Assembly: GCF_009914755.1 (NCBI RefSeq)
Contig: NC_060928.1
Origin: the human T2T-CHM13v2.0 reference genome, Homo sapiens
Reading direction: 5' to 3' (one strand)
DNA: 64,000 bases
Shown: piece by piece, positions 36,745 through 52,757 of the stretch
Numbering within the stretch: the first letter of the stretch is position 1
Layout: each line of letters starts with the position of its first letter
Program-made: the position numbers and the translations under genes
Notes under the pieces: model-generated
Database searches by the model: none
Told to the model about the DNA's origin: nothing
What the model saw: the letters and a program-made list of their open reading frames with translations, nothing else

Positions 36745-37240
36745 ATAAAAATTGGTAGCATATTTCATAAGGCAGTCTGACAGTACATTTCAAGAGCAAT
36801 AAACATAGTCATATCCTTTGACCCAATATTCCTACTCTTGGAAATTTAAGGATAGAGTCTAAAAAGGAGAAATATTAAGTTTCATAAAGACATTTTTTCC
36901 AATTGGTCTTCAAATGGTGAGAATATGAAAACCCACATCAATCTAATTATAAAAAATAGCTTAATTGTAACACATCACAAAAAAGGACATCCTTGTATAT
37001 AAAAATTATAGAGATATTATAGAGAAAATGTAGCCACTTTTGATATTAGAGTATTAAATATCACCATTAATTAAAACTTTATGGATGTATGTCGATAAGA
37101 ACTGAAAATGAAGAGAGAAAAATGAAAACAGTTCATTCCAAATATGGTGGGATTCTGGGTAATTTCCATTACAGAATATGCTATTTGATTTGGCAATTAC
37201 AGAAAATTGTTCAAATTTGCAACTGTAATTTTTATATATC
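36745..37240 (+). mobile_element. Old L1ME-like 3' fragment
   Basis: aaattggtagc..ggcagtctgacagtac..catatcctttgacccaatattcctactcttggaaattta. Confidence 0.7.
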
Positions 37241-37542
37241 ATGAGGCAGAAAGCAAAGCTTAAAGGAGAAGTTGTGCATGGATAAAGAAGAAACAGGAAC
37301 TTTGGGAAAATGTCTTGTTGTAGAAACATGGCTATAAATGAAAGAATTGGCGTTCTAATAGGAAGTAGGTTGTATTAAAGACAGGAGACAGATTATAGTA
37401 AAGGGCTGATCAATGCAGGGAACTGCAGGCTTGAAAGCTTAGGGGGAAAAGGCCAGTGTAGACAAAAAAGTTTGAGGATGCCAGAGAGAAAGATAATAGT
37501 GGGTACTGTAAGGAAACAAAATATAGTTAAGACAAGAAATTG

Positions 37543-38245
37543 TTCATTCACTCAATAATTCAACACATTTACTGAGTATGCTAAGTGCTGAAAATGCTAC
37601 AGTAAACAAAGCACATATAATGCAGAATACTTCCTGCCTTCACTGACCATATAGTCTACTGTGGGAGAGAGAGGTTATGCAAATGGATACAAAAGCAAAT
37701 TGGATTCAGGAATATGTAGGAAATATATAAGGTATTGAAAGAGAGAGAAACAAAAAAATGCCAATTAGGGAGACCTCTCTGTGACAGGAGATTTGAGCTA
37801 AGATTAAAAAGATGTAGAAGTTAATCAAGTCAATAGAAGGGGAAGTGGTGAAAAGAGTATCCCAGGAAGAAGGGGTAGTAGGGGAAAAGGCCCTGGGGAA
37901 AGAAAACATGGTATGTCATGGAACTGAAAGGACAGAGTGGTTGGGGTGTCATGAATGAAGGGGATAGAGACATCAGATGAGGGCATAGTCCGAGGCAGGA
38001 CCAGACCTATAGGTCATAATAAAGGTTGGATTTTATTGTAACAGTAATGGTACAACATTGATAAGTCTCAAGCAGAGTATGACATGATAAGATTTGTGAT
38101 TTTGACATTTTACTCCAATGGGTAGCAATGTTCAGAATAGAATGTATGAGATAAGAACAAAAACCAGACCTATTTTTAAGCTATTGATGTGGTCCAGTTG
38201 AGGGTTGATTATAATTTCGGCTAGAATGGTATCACTGGAGATGAT
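37543..38245 (-). mobile_element. LINE-2 3' portion
   Basis: ttcattcactca..catttactgagtatgc..gagacctctctgtgacaggagatttgagctaaga..tggaactgaaagg..gacatgataagatttgtg. Confidence 0.85.
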
Positions 38246-38636
38246 GTTTAAAATAGTGTTGCTTTTCATTAATGAGGCTTCAAAATGAGTTCCTAGCTCT
38301 AAGAGGTCTGCTGCTATGTTATCATCAAGGTTTTCTTTCCTCCCTTCAGGCGCTTTGCCTTATGAAAACAGTGTTATCATGGCCACCTTTAATTTATTTG
38401 TTTTGTTGCTATTGACAGTTTGTGGAATACTAGGCCACTAGGCCAGGGCAAACACATCATAATGTACAAGTCATCTTTTAGATTTTTCTCCAGAATAACA
38501 ATCACCTAAATCTTCCATTGCCCAGATTTTGTCCTCCTCAAATTTTCTTATTTAATGGAAGAAGATTCCATTGCCTTATTCTGAATATTAGAGTACTGTT
38601 TTTCTCTCAAGATTTCCCCTGTGTTAAGTTCTAGAG

Positions 38637-38843
38637 TTGAGCTGTCCAATATGGTTGCAATTAGCTACATGCAACTATTTAAATATAAAAGAGTTAAACG
38701 TGAATAAAACTAAAAATCAGTTCCTCTGTTGTACTCACCATATTTCAAGTGCTCAATAGCTACACGTAGCTAGTGGCTATGTGGTGTACAATACAGATAT
38801 AGAACATTTCCAGTATCACCGAAAGTTCTATTGGATAGCACAG
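38637..38843. mobile_element. MER3 (hAT-Charlie MITE)
   Basis: TIRs gctgtccaata / tattggatagc, internal atttcaagtgctcaatagctacacgtagctagtggcta; 8-bp TSD ttctagag/atctagag. Confidence 0.9.
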
Positions 38844-39115
38844 ATCTAGAGATTCTTCACTGTCTTTGCACAGATAAGCTTGTTATCTATCATCTGATTA
38901 ACTACAGTGATAATTATAGATTCTTAAAGAACTTTTTTTTTGCAAGTTCTTGGTATATTCATAATGGTGGCTATATATTTTCATGACAGTGGCCTATTGT
39001 CTTGTTACAAATAGTTGTGATCAGATAGTTTAATAATACAATTAGCCTTATATGTTAATAATATATTTAAAAGCAATGTCACATATGTTATTTTATTTAA
39101 ATCAGCAATCCTGTA

Positions 39116-39947
39116 CAGTAAGTCCTCATTGATCATTGTCAATAGGTTCTTGGGCATCTATAACACATAACAAAACCTATATTACCATAGGCTAATTGAT
39201 TTAAACAAGAATTAGGTTCCTATGACATATTTCTGGTCACAAAAACATCACCAAACTTCTAAATGAAGACCAAAACACTTATACTATTAAACAAAGAAAT
39301 AAATGTGAGCTATATATCCATTTAAGAAAGCTTAATAAAAACAAGTAAGATAATTATTTTCCCAATTTTTGGTAAATTAGCAAGTGATAGCAGCTCTAGT
39401 GGTGGTGGAGTTCAATCAAGGAGTAAATGTTTATAAAGCAAAAATTGTAAGGAGCACTTCCCACCACACAATTCGAAATCACACAATACAACAGGTTCAC
39501 TGAGCATTTTTCTACCACATTGTTTATTACTGTGCATTTGTATGAAATTGAATATTTTATACACTTTTATTTTATAATACTTCATATTCATTAATTCATT
39601 TTCCAGCCAGCTTAATCCAATTCAGGGATGTGGATGGCTGGAGCCTCTCCTGGCAGCTCAGGGCCTAAGGCAGAAACTCACCCTGGACAGAAACCACCCC
39701 ATTGCAAGGCACACTCACACTCATACCCACCATCACTCAGTCTGGGACCATGCAGACATGTCAATTCACCTCACTTGCACTTTTTAGGATGTGGGAGGAA
39801 ACCAGAGTACCCGGAGAAAACCCACACAGATATGCAGGGAACGTGCAAACTCCACAGACAGTGGCCCTGACCAGGAATTGATTTTTTTTTATTAGTGTTA
39901 TAACAAAATCATGTTGAATGATATAACATTATTTTGAGGACATCCTG
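39116..39947. mobile_element. Tigger3 (Tigger3b-like) TcMar DNA transposon inserted into a MIR
   Basis: TA-cagtaagtcctca ... tgaggacatcctg-TA termini; internal ctggtcacaaaaacatcaccaaacttctaaat and gggaggaaaccagagtacccggagaaaacccac. Confidence 0.9.
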
Positions 39948-40049
39948 TACATTTAAAAAGGTATGATTATCCCTATTCTACAGATAGGTAAACTGACGCT
40001 CAGAAGAATTAAGTAATTTCATAATAAGCCCTAAAAATAAAAATAATAA

Positions 40050-40210
40050 TTGAAACAATAATGAACACTTATTGCCAGGCAGTGTTCTGAGTATTTTACA
40101 TGTATTAACTCATTTAATCTCCAAAACAACTTTAATATATAACTCTAAGAGATAAGAAAGACTACTTTTTTTTTTTTTTTTTCAGATGAGAAAACCAAGA
40201 CACAGAAATT
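40050..40210 (-). mobile_element. MIR SINE with expanded poly(T)
   Basis: tgccaggcagtgttctgagtattttacatgtattaactcatttaatc..ttcagatgagaaaaccaagacacaga. Confidence 0.75.
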
Positions 40211-40330
40211 TTCTCTTAAAGAGGTTTCTACGGTAAACATTGATATTTTGGGAAAAATTGCTCGATCTCTCTTAGCCTCAGTTTGAGTTTCTATAAAATG
40301 AGTATAATGTAAGCAATCTCATACAGCACA

Positions 40331-40743
40331 CATATCAATCAGCTTTTGTTTGGTTATGTTATGATTCCAAATAATCCCCAAATCTCAATGATTTACAAGT
40401 GAGGTTTTTTTCTTGTTTTTGTGTGTTGGTGGCTTTGGCTCTCATATCTTACTCTAGAGATTGGGCTAAGGAGCTGATCCTATCTAGGACACATTTTCAG
40501 GGCAGAGGGAAAGAGAAAGAGCTGGCAGAAACATACGATGGTTTCTAAATTTCTTCTTAGAATTGGTGCAGTATTACACTGTTCACATTTTAACTGGCAG
40601 TAGCAAGTCATGTGGCCATCCTCGATGACAGCGTGTCCTCCTTTCACAAGGAAGCCCATCAAGTCGCATGGCAGTGGTCTAGGATGATTTTCTTATAGAG
40701 AAGAGGGGAACTGTGCTTGGGACCAGCATTACAATCTGCCACA
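40331..40743 (-). mobile_element. MaLR LTR MLT1I/J-like, inserted in a MIR
   Basis: aaataatccccaaatctcaatgattta..ggcagagggaaagaga..gcaagtcatgtggcca..tacaatctgccaca. Confidence 0.75.
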
Positions 40744-41014
40744 ATATGGATTAAATATAATAATATAGAAAGACCTAATTCAGTGCATGACATCTAGAAG
40801 TTCACCACAGTTACAGTTATGATTTCCTTTTTCCTTCCTTTTAATGCATTCAGGTAAATCTTAGAGCTTTGAAATAAAGTACTGATTATAAAAGTGACAT
40901 ATGACAATTATTCTTTCCTCTTGTTCCAGGAAAACTTTAGTTACATTTTGCACAATTAAGCATGTATTAAAAATATTTGGATTGACACAAGGAAGACTTA
41001 GAAAAAATTTCAGA

Positions 41015-43458
<2,444 letters not shown>

Positions 43459-44419
43459 TCACTGACCTAGTGTTATGTAGTTTATTTATTTATTTAAATA
43501 TTTATGTATAAATAAAGAAAACTTTACAATTGGTTAGATATTATTTCTAAGCATGTAAGTTGATCTATGTAATGAGTATGAAATTATGAAATAAAAAATA
43601 AAGCTAAGTGGGAAGAAAACTATAACTGTCTGGATGAGTTCCATGTGCCATAAAGGAGTTTGCTTAAAAATGCTCTTTGCTATGGTTGCTTTAAATTAGT
43701 TGGTTTTGTTGCTTGGGCTTCAAAGAATGGCTTTATATACAGGGAAGTAGTTTTTATTTTTACATACTCCATAATAATGTGGTTCATATCAATATAAACA
43801 TCATGTAGTTCTCGAAGGCAATAGTTAATTTCTTCATACTGATTTGTGATTTTGAACACACACACACACCCTAAAGTTATGTATAAATAAGGTTTTACCC
43901 TAAAATGTATGCATAATGCTTAGTCTGAAAGACTATTTTCTACCAGAGAAAGAATTTAATGGATAAAGTAGAACTGTTTGAAAATGAGCAAAAATATTAG
44001 TCTACCATAAACATGTTTTGTTAGATAAATTCAGATATTTATGTTTGATAATTTTGAGTATCTTGATTCTAGAAGTGAGACTATATGAAGGATGTCAAGG
44101 CAGTCATTTGCCAGACAGTAAGTAATTATTTCTTTATACTTTGTTTTAACAGACTGTCTTATTTCAGGAGAATTTTTATTTCTGAAATCAATGATCAGTG
44201 TTATTATTCCTGCCATTTAAATAAGCTGCAGATATTTTCTTGGTTAAAGCAATACAGTGACAAGATTTTGTAGTGTAGCCCATTCTTTTAGGGATAAAGA
44301 TATTTATACATCACTTTCTGCCAACATAACATTTTCCATTCTGACTTCTGTTTTTGCCTGTTACATGTTCATTCAAAGGCAAGAAAAGCTCAGCAAATCT
44401 GTCTATAAGAGTATCCTTT

Positions 44420-44703
44420 GGCTTTAGGAATTTTTAGCACCAGTAAAAATGGAAACTTCTATTGTTTTCCTTTGGTGAAGACTACTTTGATGACAAGAAA
44501 TACCTGTAGTCCAGATTAAAAGAAGAAAACGTTTATGGAATAGAGAATTATTTTCAGTGAAAACAATTGAAATCATTAGAAAGTCCACTTTTTGTTGTTG
44601 TTTTTTGCCTGCAAGAACAAAATGGTCATAAGCAAGAAACAAAAATATTGCTTCACGTTTGAAAGGCCTCTGGAAAAAGTTCAAAACAATTTGAAGACTA
44701 CTG
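44420..44703 (+). mobile_element. hAT-Charlie remnant (Charlie4-like)
   Basis: Ends in aatttgaagactactg (Charlie-type TIR); ttttgttgttgttttttgcctgcaagaacaaaatggtc. Confidence 0.35.
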
Positions 44704-45049
44704 CCTCATCAGTATCTTTAAGTGTTAGAATTAGGAGAGACTTGGCATTACTATAGATTTTATGATCTTATTTAAAGAAACATTCTTCATTGCAAGAAAA
44801 TGGAAAATTATAATTTAAAAAATAATTTTCATGGTTATAGATATATAACAAATACCTTCACTTGGGATGTTATCTGCTATACTGAATATTATAGATTTTT
44901 GTTAAGTAATTGTATAGAAACATAGGCACAAATGTAACATTTAAAATAAATATGGCTAAATGTTTCCTCATTATTAGATTGCTGTTCTTGTTGAAGAAAA
45001 TAACTTCTTTAATTTTTCAGTTTTTATCCTTATTCTTTAGTAATTCACT

Positions 45050-45330
45050 GATTAAAAATATTAGGAAATAATAACTGAGATGATTCTAGTATTATAGGGT
45101 GAAGGATTATATATGGTAATCCAGGTCAAGTACTTGATACATTTCCTAGCACATTGTTCGAGCTCAGTAAATGTTAGGAATAATTTATTATTAGTAAACC
45201 AGTTTCGCGTTGCCACTAATTTATTGTGTCATCTTTGGTCAGTCATTTATCTTTTAGGCCCTCATTTTCTTCATTTGAAAATATGGGGGAAGGTTTGAAG
45301 TAGATGATCTCTATATCTCTTTAAGCTATA
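45050..45330 (+). mobile_element. Degenerate MIR fragments
   Basis: atagggtgaaggatta..cctagcacattgttcgagctcagtaaatgttag; cctcattttcttcatttgaaaatatgggg..tagatgatctcta. Confidence 0.55.
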
Positions 45331-45937
45331 ATAGATAAATAATTCTACTTTGTAGTGTACTCAAAGTGAATGACTTCTAGGATTCTGGGGCTTGATTTAA
45401 AGGGTATATATAGCACTTGTTATGTAAATATATTGGCTATTTTTTATATAGATGCCATTTAAATAAATCATTTCCTTTCCAAGAAATGTCATTGGCTGAC
45501 GTTAATTAATTTTTATAAAGATCTTTGAAGATGAGAAGTGGTATATAAGTGGTGATTATTATCAAACATGAGGAGTGTAAGTTTAACATTGCTATAATAT
45601 ACGGTTTGAATCAGAAAATAAGATTATATTAGAATAATTTGTAATAACACCAACAAAAAGCATGAATCCCTTTTCTGAAGGAAACAGTGCATAAAATTAT
45701 GCATATGTAATACATGCTTAAACATTTTATTAAATACTTTTACAATGACAAAAAATGCTGTATATGACGTTCAATTCAAAAATTTCTGGAATGAATCTTA
45801 AGCCCAACTGTTACTAAAATATAGAGGACATTGCTTTTGAAAGTTTTTTTTAATAAATTGTTTGCTATTTATAATGTACATATTGGTAATTGTGACTAAA
45901 ACCTTTTGGCTACCCAAGGTGGTGAGGTTTTTATATA

Positions 45938-46388
45938 TAGTAGTCCCCCTTATTCATAAGGGATACATTCCAAAACCCCTAGTGGATATTTGAGATCACA
46001 TATAGTAAACAATCATATGTGTACTATGTTTTTCCTATATATACATACCTATGGTGAAGTTTAATTTGTAAATTGGACACAGTATTCTTGCACTTTGAAG
46101 CCATTATTAAGTAAAATAAGGGTTATTTGGTCACAAGCACTGTGATACTGCAACAGTAGATTTGATAATAGAGCTGGTTAGTAAGTGACTGATGGGTAGG
46201 TAGCATATACAGTTTGGATACACTAGACAAAGGGTGGATTCACATCCTGAGGGGGACAGAGTGGAACAGAATGATGTGTAATTGTAAACTTATGAATTAT
46301 TTGTTTCTGAAATTTTCCATTTAATATTTTCAAACTGACTGACCACAGGTAACAAATCACAGAAACTACAGGTAAAGGAAAGCTACTA
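45938..46388 (+). mobile_element. MER44 (Tigger7-derived) DNA transposon
   Basis: TA-tagtagtcccccttattc..gatacattccaaaaccc..atacatacctatg..aaacttatgaattatttgtttctgaaattttccatttaatattttc..gctacta-TA. Confidence 0.85.
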
Positions 46389-48224
46389 TAGTTTCATTTC
46401 AAGGGATAAGTTGGCATTGACTCATAGTGTCTCTAAATAAATGGAATAACCAATCCTGCAAATATGTAGTGCTATGATGCTATGCAACTTAAAAGGGTTA
46501 AAATATATAAACACACTAAATTTTGATTCTAGAATTCATTATATAAGTCTCTATGATAAATTTCCTTTCTACTTTAGCATTTTATTAATCCTATATATTA
46601 CCTATTTTCAGAAACTTATTGCTAAAACATATTTCTAATACAAAGTCTTCCCTATACCAAGAAACACTACTTATCCTCATTTGTAAGTCCAGAATGCTTC
46701 CTTGGAGGAGTAGAGAAGCAAGGGCAAAGAATATCTATTGAGATAGCTCATCACCCACCAAATACCTCCATGCCATGCATATCTAATATAGTCTCATATA
46801 AATAGAGGGATAGATAACATACATAATAGAAATATTCTGAAAATTTTTGTTGACTTCTGCCTTAAGAATGCCTGATATTCATTTTAGTGTGCCATTATTT
46901 AAACATATGTATATAAAATATATAATCTAGAATGTTTTAATTAATACTTAATATCTAAATTATAGAGTCACTCTTTCAAAATCAACAGATATTTGGTGAT
47001 GTGTTCATCTTTAAAGTACAAGTAATTTAATTTTACATGATAGAAAATGTAAGTTTTTTACTATTTTAATCATTTTTCATGTCTCTATGTAGACAAATAT
47101 TCATTAGTAAATCCAAGTGTTTCTTAATCTTAAATGTTGAGAAAAAATATTGGCAAAAGAATCGTCATCTTACAAAAAACACACACAAAATGAGGATATG
47201 ATTTGTGTAAATATTTCGCCATTTGGTAAGGCTAACTGTAATTTCTTGTAGCACATTTTTTTCTTCACAGTAATCCAGTGTTTGTGTATTTAACAAAGTA
47301 AAGCTGAGAGATTTTGTGTCTCATAAACTTCTTAGGAGAGTCTCTTGGCATCGTCATTTACCACTTGTCTTTTAGTCCTCCTTGGTTCATTTATTTGAAG
47401 ATGAAAAACTCAAAATGTTATGACTTGCTGATGTTTTGCCTTCTCTGTTACTGTTCTTCCTTAAACATTAGAATAAAATGTTCAAGAATATTCATTGTAA
47501 GCATGTCCCTGAAGCTATTTCCCTAAGGCAATGTTGAGTTTCATATCATAGTGATGATTTTGATAAAAGGATTTGATACTATAAAGTGAATTTGTATAGG
47601 TCCGTCATCTGGCCATCCTGTGATGATAGCATTTATTTTCTCAAAATCTTGGCAGGTCTGCAAAAGAAGTCAATGAACTAAAGGTTAGACAAATGTGCAT
47701 AGTATCACTGTATCAATACATAAGCAATTTCAAGTTTTTCCCTATATTAAATGAGAGTTGGGGTTAAAGTCATTTCTGAAACTTTTAATTTTCAGAATAT
47801 TTTGTAAAAGTTTATTTTCATAAAACATTTATAACCCAAGCACAGTAATATTACTCTTAGAGTGGAGATCGGTAAAGGAACAAATGAGTTTAGAGAGAAT
47901 TCTCTAATAACTAGCTAAAAAGTAAAAATTCTGTGAACCAACAATTTGTGATAGATTAAACTCAGCCTTAATCATGGCTTAGATCTCATCGAGATCCCTT
48001 ACAAAAATACGGATAGCACTTCCCTTCATTTCCAGTGTTAGATAGTAGGCCATTGCTTGAGACCTGTATTTCTGCTTGGCCTAGTTTCTTCTCTACACCT
48101 ACCACCAAAACTTTTGGAAAGAAGGCATGATGGAGGAGGAGATGGTTCTGTGTGAAGAGAAAGAATAGAAAAGCAATGAAAGAGGAAAACATAATGGCTT
48201 GACATATTAGAGAACTTTAAACAT

Positions 48225-48325
48225 ATATCTATTTATCATTTATCGCTATCCTACCATCTATCTATGCAGCTATCTATCGATCAATCATCTGTCTATCCAT
48301 CTATCTAATCCATCTATCTATCTGT
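48225..48325. repeat. Degenerate (TCTA/TCCA)n tetranucleotide repeat
   Basis: Direct inspection. Confidence 0.8.
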
Positions 48326-48891
48326 CAATTACATTTTAAAAGCTCTCTTTTAATTCTGCTTCAATTGGAATGATTCTGTCTCCTGTTAACAGATAGTGTT
48401 ACAGGGCTTGTTGTAGTTACCACTTTCCAAATCCTTGTATGCAGGGGGAAAAAAAAAAAAAAAAAAGATGTGATGCATTCTAACCAAGCTCGGTTGCATT
48501 GAATATTGTGGTTTCTCCTAGTTGATCCTCACTTGGCTCACTTACCAATTTTTTCTCTAACTCATTTTCTGAAAACGCTTCCCAAGTAAGACATTTTAAG
48601 TTTATAGGCAGAATTGCAGTAATTTAGAAGCAGTTAAATTACCTAGACCTTTCTATTCCAGCCATTTTTTAAATCTAAAATTATTCTGCCAACATTTGTT
48701 TAAATATTGAGCCAATTGACATTAGTGAGTCTTGACTGTTAATTAAGAACAAATTTTCCCAGATACTGAATAGTTATGTAAATTGCATAGCAGATGTTTT
48801 TCCAGGAAAGATCCAAAGTTCAATATTCAAAATATCCATGGAAGTATTTTAGTTAAAATATTGAATATTTTGGAATAAAAACTGGTAATAT

Positions 48892-49180
48892 ATTTTTATC
48901 TTTTTAAATTAAGTTAATTTAAAAAACTTATTTTAAGTTCAGGGGTACATGTATAGTTTTGTTACACAGGTAAACTTGTGTCATGGAAGTTCGTTGTACA
49001 GATTATTTCATCACGCAGGTATTAAGCCTAGCACCCATTAGTGATTTTTCCTGATCCTCTCCCTCCTCCCACCCTCTACCCACCGATAGGTCACAGTGTG
49101 TGTTATTCCCCTCTATGTGTCCATGTGTTCTCATCATTTAGCTCCCACTTACAAGTGAGAACATGTGGTGTTTGGTTTTC
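48892..49180 (-). mobile_element. 5'-truncated L1PA (L1PA11-15-like) 3' end with TSD
   Basis: ttttaagttcaggggtacatg..ttgtacagattatttcatcac..cctgatcctctccctcctcccaccctc..agctcccacttacaagtgagaacatg; TSD aaaactggtaatat (48878-48891) / aaaacaggtaatat (49181-49194). Confidence 0.92.
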
Positions 49181-52100
49181 AAAACAGGTAATATTTTTAG
49201 GAAGGAATTAAATCATGATATTTTACAAATCCCTTAGTTTACCACATATTTCTTTTGCTTCTTAAAGTAAATACATCATCACTGGGTCAAAAACTAGTGA
49301 TTTATTACTAAGCATTAGAAATATTTATGGTAATTATTTTTGGTATGATGGAATTTTATATTTAATTTAGGAATAACATCCCCCTAAAAGTTTCTTAATT
49401 GAAATAGTCATACTCTTCTTGTTTCCTTCAAAATAAACATCAGTATTCATCAGATGATTGATATATTGATTAAAACATAAATAATACCACCATTTTTTCT
49501 TATGTAAAATGTATTTTCCTTGCATTGCTTGTACTAAATAGACAAGTAGAAGGCATATTTTTATGAATAAAAATGTCAAGTATTGTCTAGAAAAACCTAT
49601 CATAATTGCTTATTTCAGTTGTCACTGATGCATCAGTTTCTTATTGCTTGTGCCACCAATCCAGAGATACACACAAATTTTAATGTACCTTTAACATAGC
49701 GTATATTGCTGTTAGAGAATGGTTTGGAACAAAATCCAAGAGTTTTGATGTGACATAGAGCGACTGGTACTAAAATGACCACTAAAATACCTTCTTCTCT
49801 TATTAAAGGCTGCATTACCACTTTTTGAAGTTGGTTCTTAGCTAGAGACATGTAGAAAGAAGCACACTTAATGACATGATTAATTTTGCACAATTTAATG
49901 AAGGAGGTAGTTCAAGGCTGTTGGAAATAGTTTTTCTGAAACATAAGTACTCTTACTTTAAAAATGCCGTGTTTATTTTTTAAGGTATTAAAATTTACTT
50001 GAAAATGTTTCTATACCTTTCAATGAGTTCAATTTCAGACATATATATTACATAATTTAAAACTACAGGAAATTATTTTGTTTTGTAAACAGTAAATATA
50101 TCTTTTTAAATATTTTTATTTAACAAGGGAACCAGTTATTATGTGAGACTAGTATTTTGTAGAAAAATCATGATGTTATCAAATTAAATAAAATTCTTTA
50201 TGTCTTTAGAGCTGCTCATTTAAAAAGATTTCTTTGTCAAAATGCCAAAGAATAAATAATCTCTCTATCAAATTACTTTGGTAGTTTTGAGCTGACACCC
50301 AGAGTACCCAGGCTTTGCGGTCTCTGGCAGAAGGGCATGTAGTTATAAACTTGCAGGTCCTGGGAATTTTTTTCATGTACATGAACCCACCTCAGGAAAT
50401 TCAGGATTCCCAGAAATGAAGATCTCAGGGGACCCCAGGATCTTTAATATTAATTGTGAGCATTCTTGAATAATATACTGTACAAAGCAGCCATTTGCAA
50501 ATTTATACTAAAACAGAGTGAAATCAAGACAAACCAAAATAGTCTGTGCCCCTTAATAAGTTGCTCATCTTTAAAATGAGCACTAAACTGTGTTTCTCAT
50601 GCAATATAACCAGACAAATTACTCATCTTTCAAAAAAAGCAAATCCTTATTAATGCATCAGTCAACATTTTTTAAAATGAAATTTGTCATCTAAATTCAA
50701 GCACTTCCCAAATAATCAAGATGTATCAATACTCTACATGTGTATGCCTAGGTATTAGGTTAAGAAACAAATATATTTAAAGGCTACAGTTGATTTATGT
50801 ACCTAAAATGTAATTGTTTTATTATTGTGAAACTAAAATAAAATTTCATTTAAGATGCCATATATTATACATGATTTGTAGAGTTTGTGATTTCTTAAAT
50901 ATGTAGTGCTTATTTTTGAATTTAGTGACACACACTTGTATGGAATGCTGGGATTGTGATGGAATGTTGAGATAGGGTGGGATTGAAATAAAGGAAACTA
51001 CTCCAAAAGAGTGGTAAGAAAGATTTAGAATGTTACGAATTGTTTTCAGGCTTTGAAGTGTGCTACCTTTAATACATGTGTTTGTCTTATATTGTCTTTC
51101 TAGTGTATTATACTTTAACTCAGTGGTTACTGCCAAATCCATCTCTCCTTGATTTAGTTGTAATAAGAAACTTGTTTTCTTTTCTCCCTTTTACATTTTC
51201 CCCCTTTCTGCACAACTTTGCTTTATTCTTTAACTCCTCCTCCCCAAATCCAAATGAAGTGTCACAATTTAGACTTCAAAGCAATTTTTTAAGTTTCGTA
51301 ACTCACTTGAAAGAAGGGGTAACTCTCTTCTATGCCCTGTACGATTTTGTCTTCTAAATAAAATGCTTTGGCAATTTAAATTTATTTCAAAAATGCGGGT
51401 GGAAAATTGATTTAAAATACTTTAAAATTAATGGTGCATTAAAAGTTCACTTTATTCTAGTTTATCTAGAATGGTTTAGGGGCCCTATATAAAACTTGGG
51501 GCTGTGTTCAAAGTTTGTTATAAAAATAAAGCACTAAAAGTTTTTGGACTGATTTCAGAAATCTAACAAGGTTCTTAAGGTTCTTATCAGGATACTTTTT
51601 AAAGAATGAATAATCATTTTATAGGGTAAAATCTGAGATAATGTGGGTAAACTCTTGGAAAGCACGGTTTGTGTACACATTTTATTGCCCGACTGCCTAG
51701 TTCCACTATTAGGCAGGCAGGAAGCCATCAATACAAGCTTCTGGAATTGCATTGAGTTGGAGACTGAGGGTAGTTGAGAAAGCCAAATAATGTGAATGGG
51801 TATCAATCACTGCAAAAATTCTCACGTCTTACGATATGTTTTTGTTGTATTAAAGAAATGTTAGAGAATCTAAAGTTGGAAACTTATTTGCTATTCATTT
51901 TTCAGTAAAATGTTAATTTTCATTTAGCAATCCTCAAGAGATTGTCGTTAACAGTTAATGCATCAAAGGCAATGCTTGTCTTGACAATAAACCAAGAGGA
52001 TATTTATTATGAATTTGTATGTTTTCATCTTTATTCCCTTTACCTCATGTGTTGTTTTCTTTTCTTTAAAAATGTAAAAAAGATGGAATACTTACTGAAG

Positions 52101-52637
52101 ACAAAGCTTTCTACAAGCTTTATTTTTTTTTATTTTTTTTTATTTACACTAACCACCCTGATTGATAAGGATGTCTCTTTAGTGGTTTGGAACACAGATC
52201 TATGATCTTAAAAACAAGAACAACAACAACAACAACAACAAAAAACCCAAAGATGTTATTTTTGTAAATAATCCATTATAATTTAACATTTTCTAAGAGC
52301 AAATCTCTAAACATATCAGTTACAACATCATTGGAAAAAAACCTAAAATTCTATTTTGCCTGTATAATGAATTGTCTAGCAAAATGCCTTGTACACAGTA
52401 AGAATTTAGTAAGTTTGTAATAGTAAGAAGAATGTAATTACTTCATACAAGAAAATTAAGTTTGTGATAATTGATCCACTACAAAGCTTGAAAGTAGACA
52501 TTTCATATATTCTATCAGTGGACGTGCTTTAAAACAATATACACTTAAACATCTATGAACCATTTTTAAGTTTCTAAAATAAAGGAAATCCAGCTAGCTT
52601 GTTAAGTGTCTTATTCTAGGTTAAAGTTGACTCTTTA

Positions 52638-52757
52638 GGTGTGTGTAGGGGTGTGTGTGTCTGTGTGTATATATGTATGTACACATTTTATATATACACA
52701 TGTAGATATACAGTATATATGCTCTTTCTTTACACACACAGAGACACATACACACAT
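52638..52757. repeat. (TG)/(TA)/(CA) compound simple repeat
   Basis: Direct inspection; the TG arm and CA arm are loosely complementary. Confidence 0.8.

Noticed and set aside
48449-48466. Isolated poly(A) run as a possible retro-insertion tail
   Set aside because: No upstream element body or TSD recognisable
52638-52757. TG/CA fold-back resembling miR-297/466-type hairpins
   Set aside because: Does not contain the miR-297 mature sequence as I recall it; complementarity comes from simple repeats
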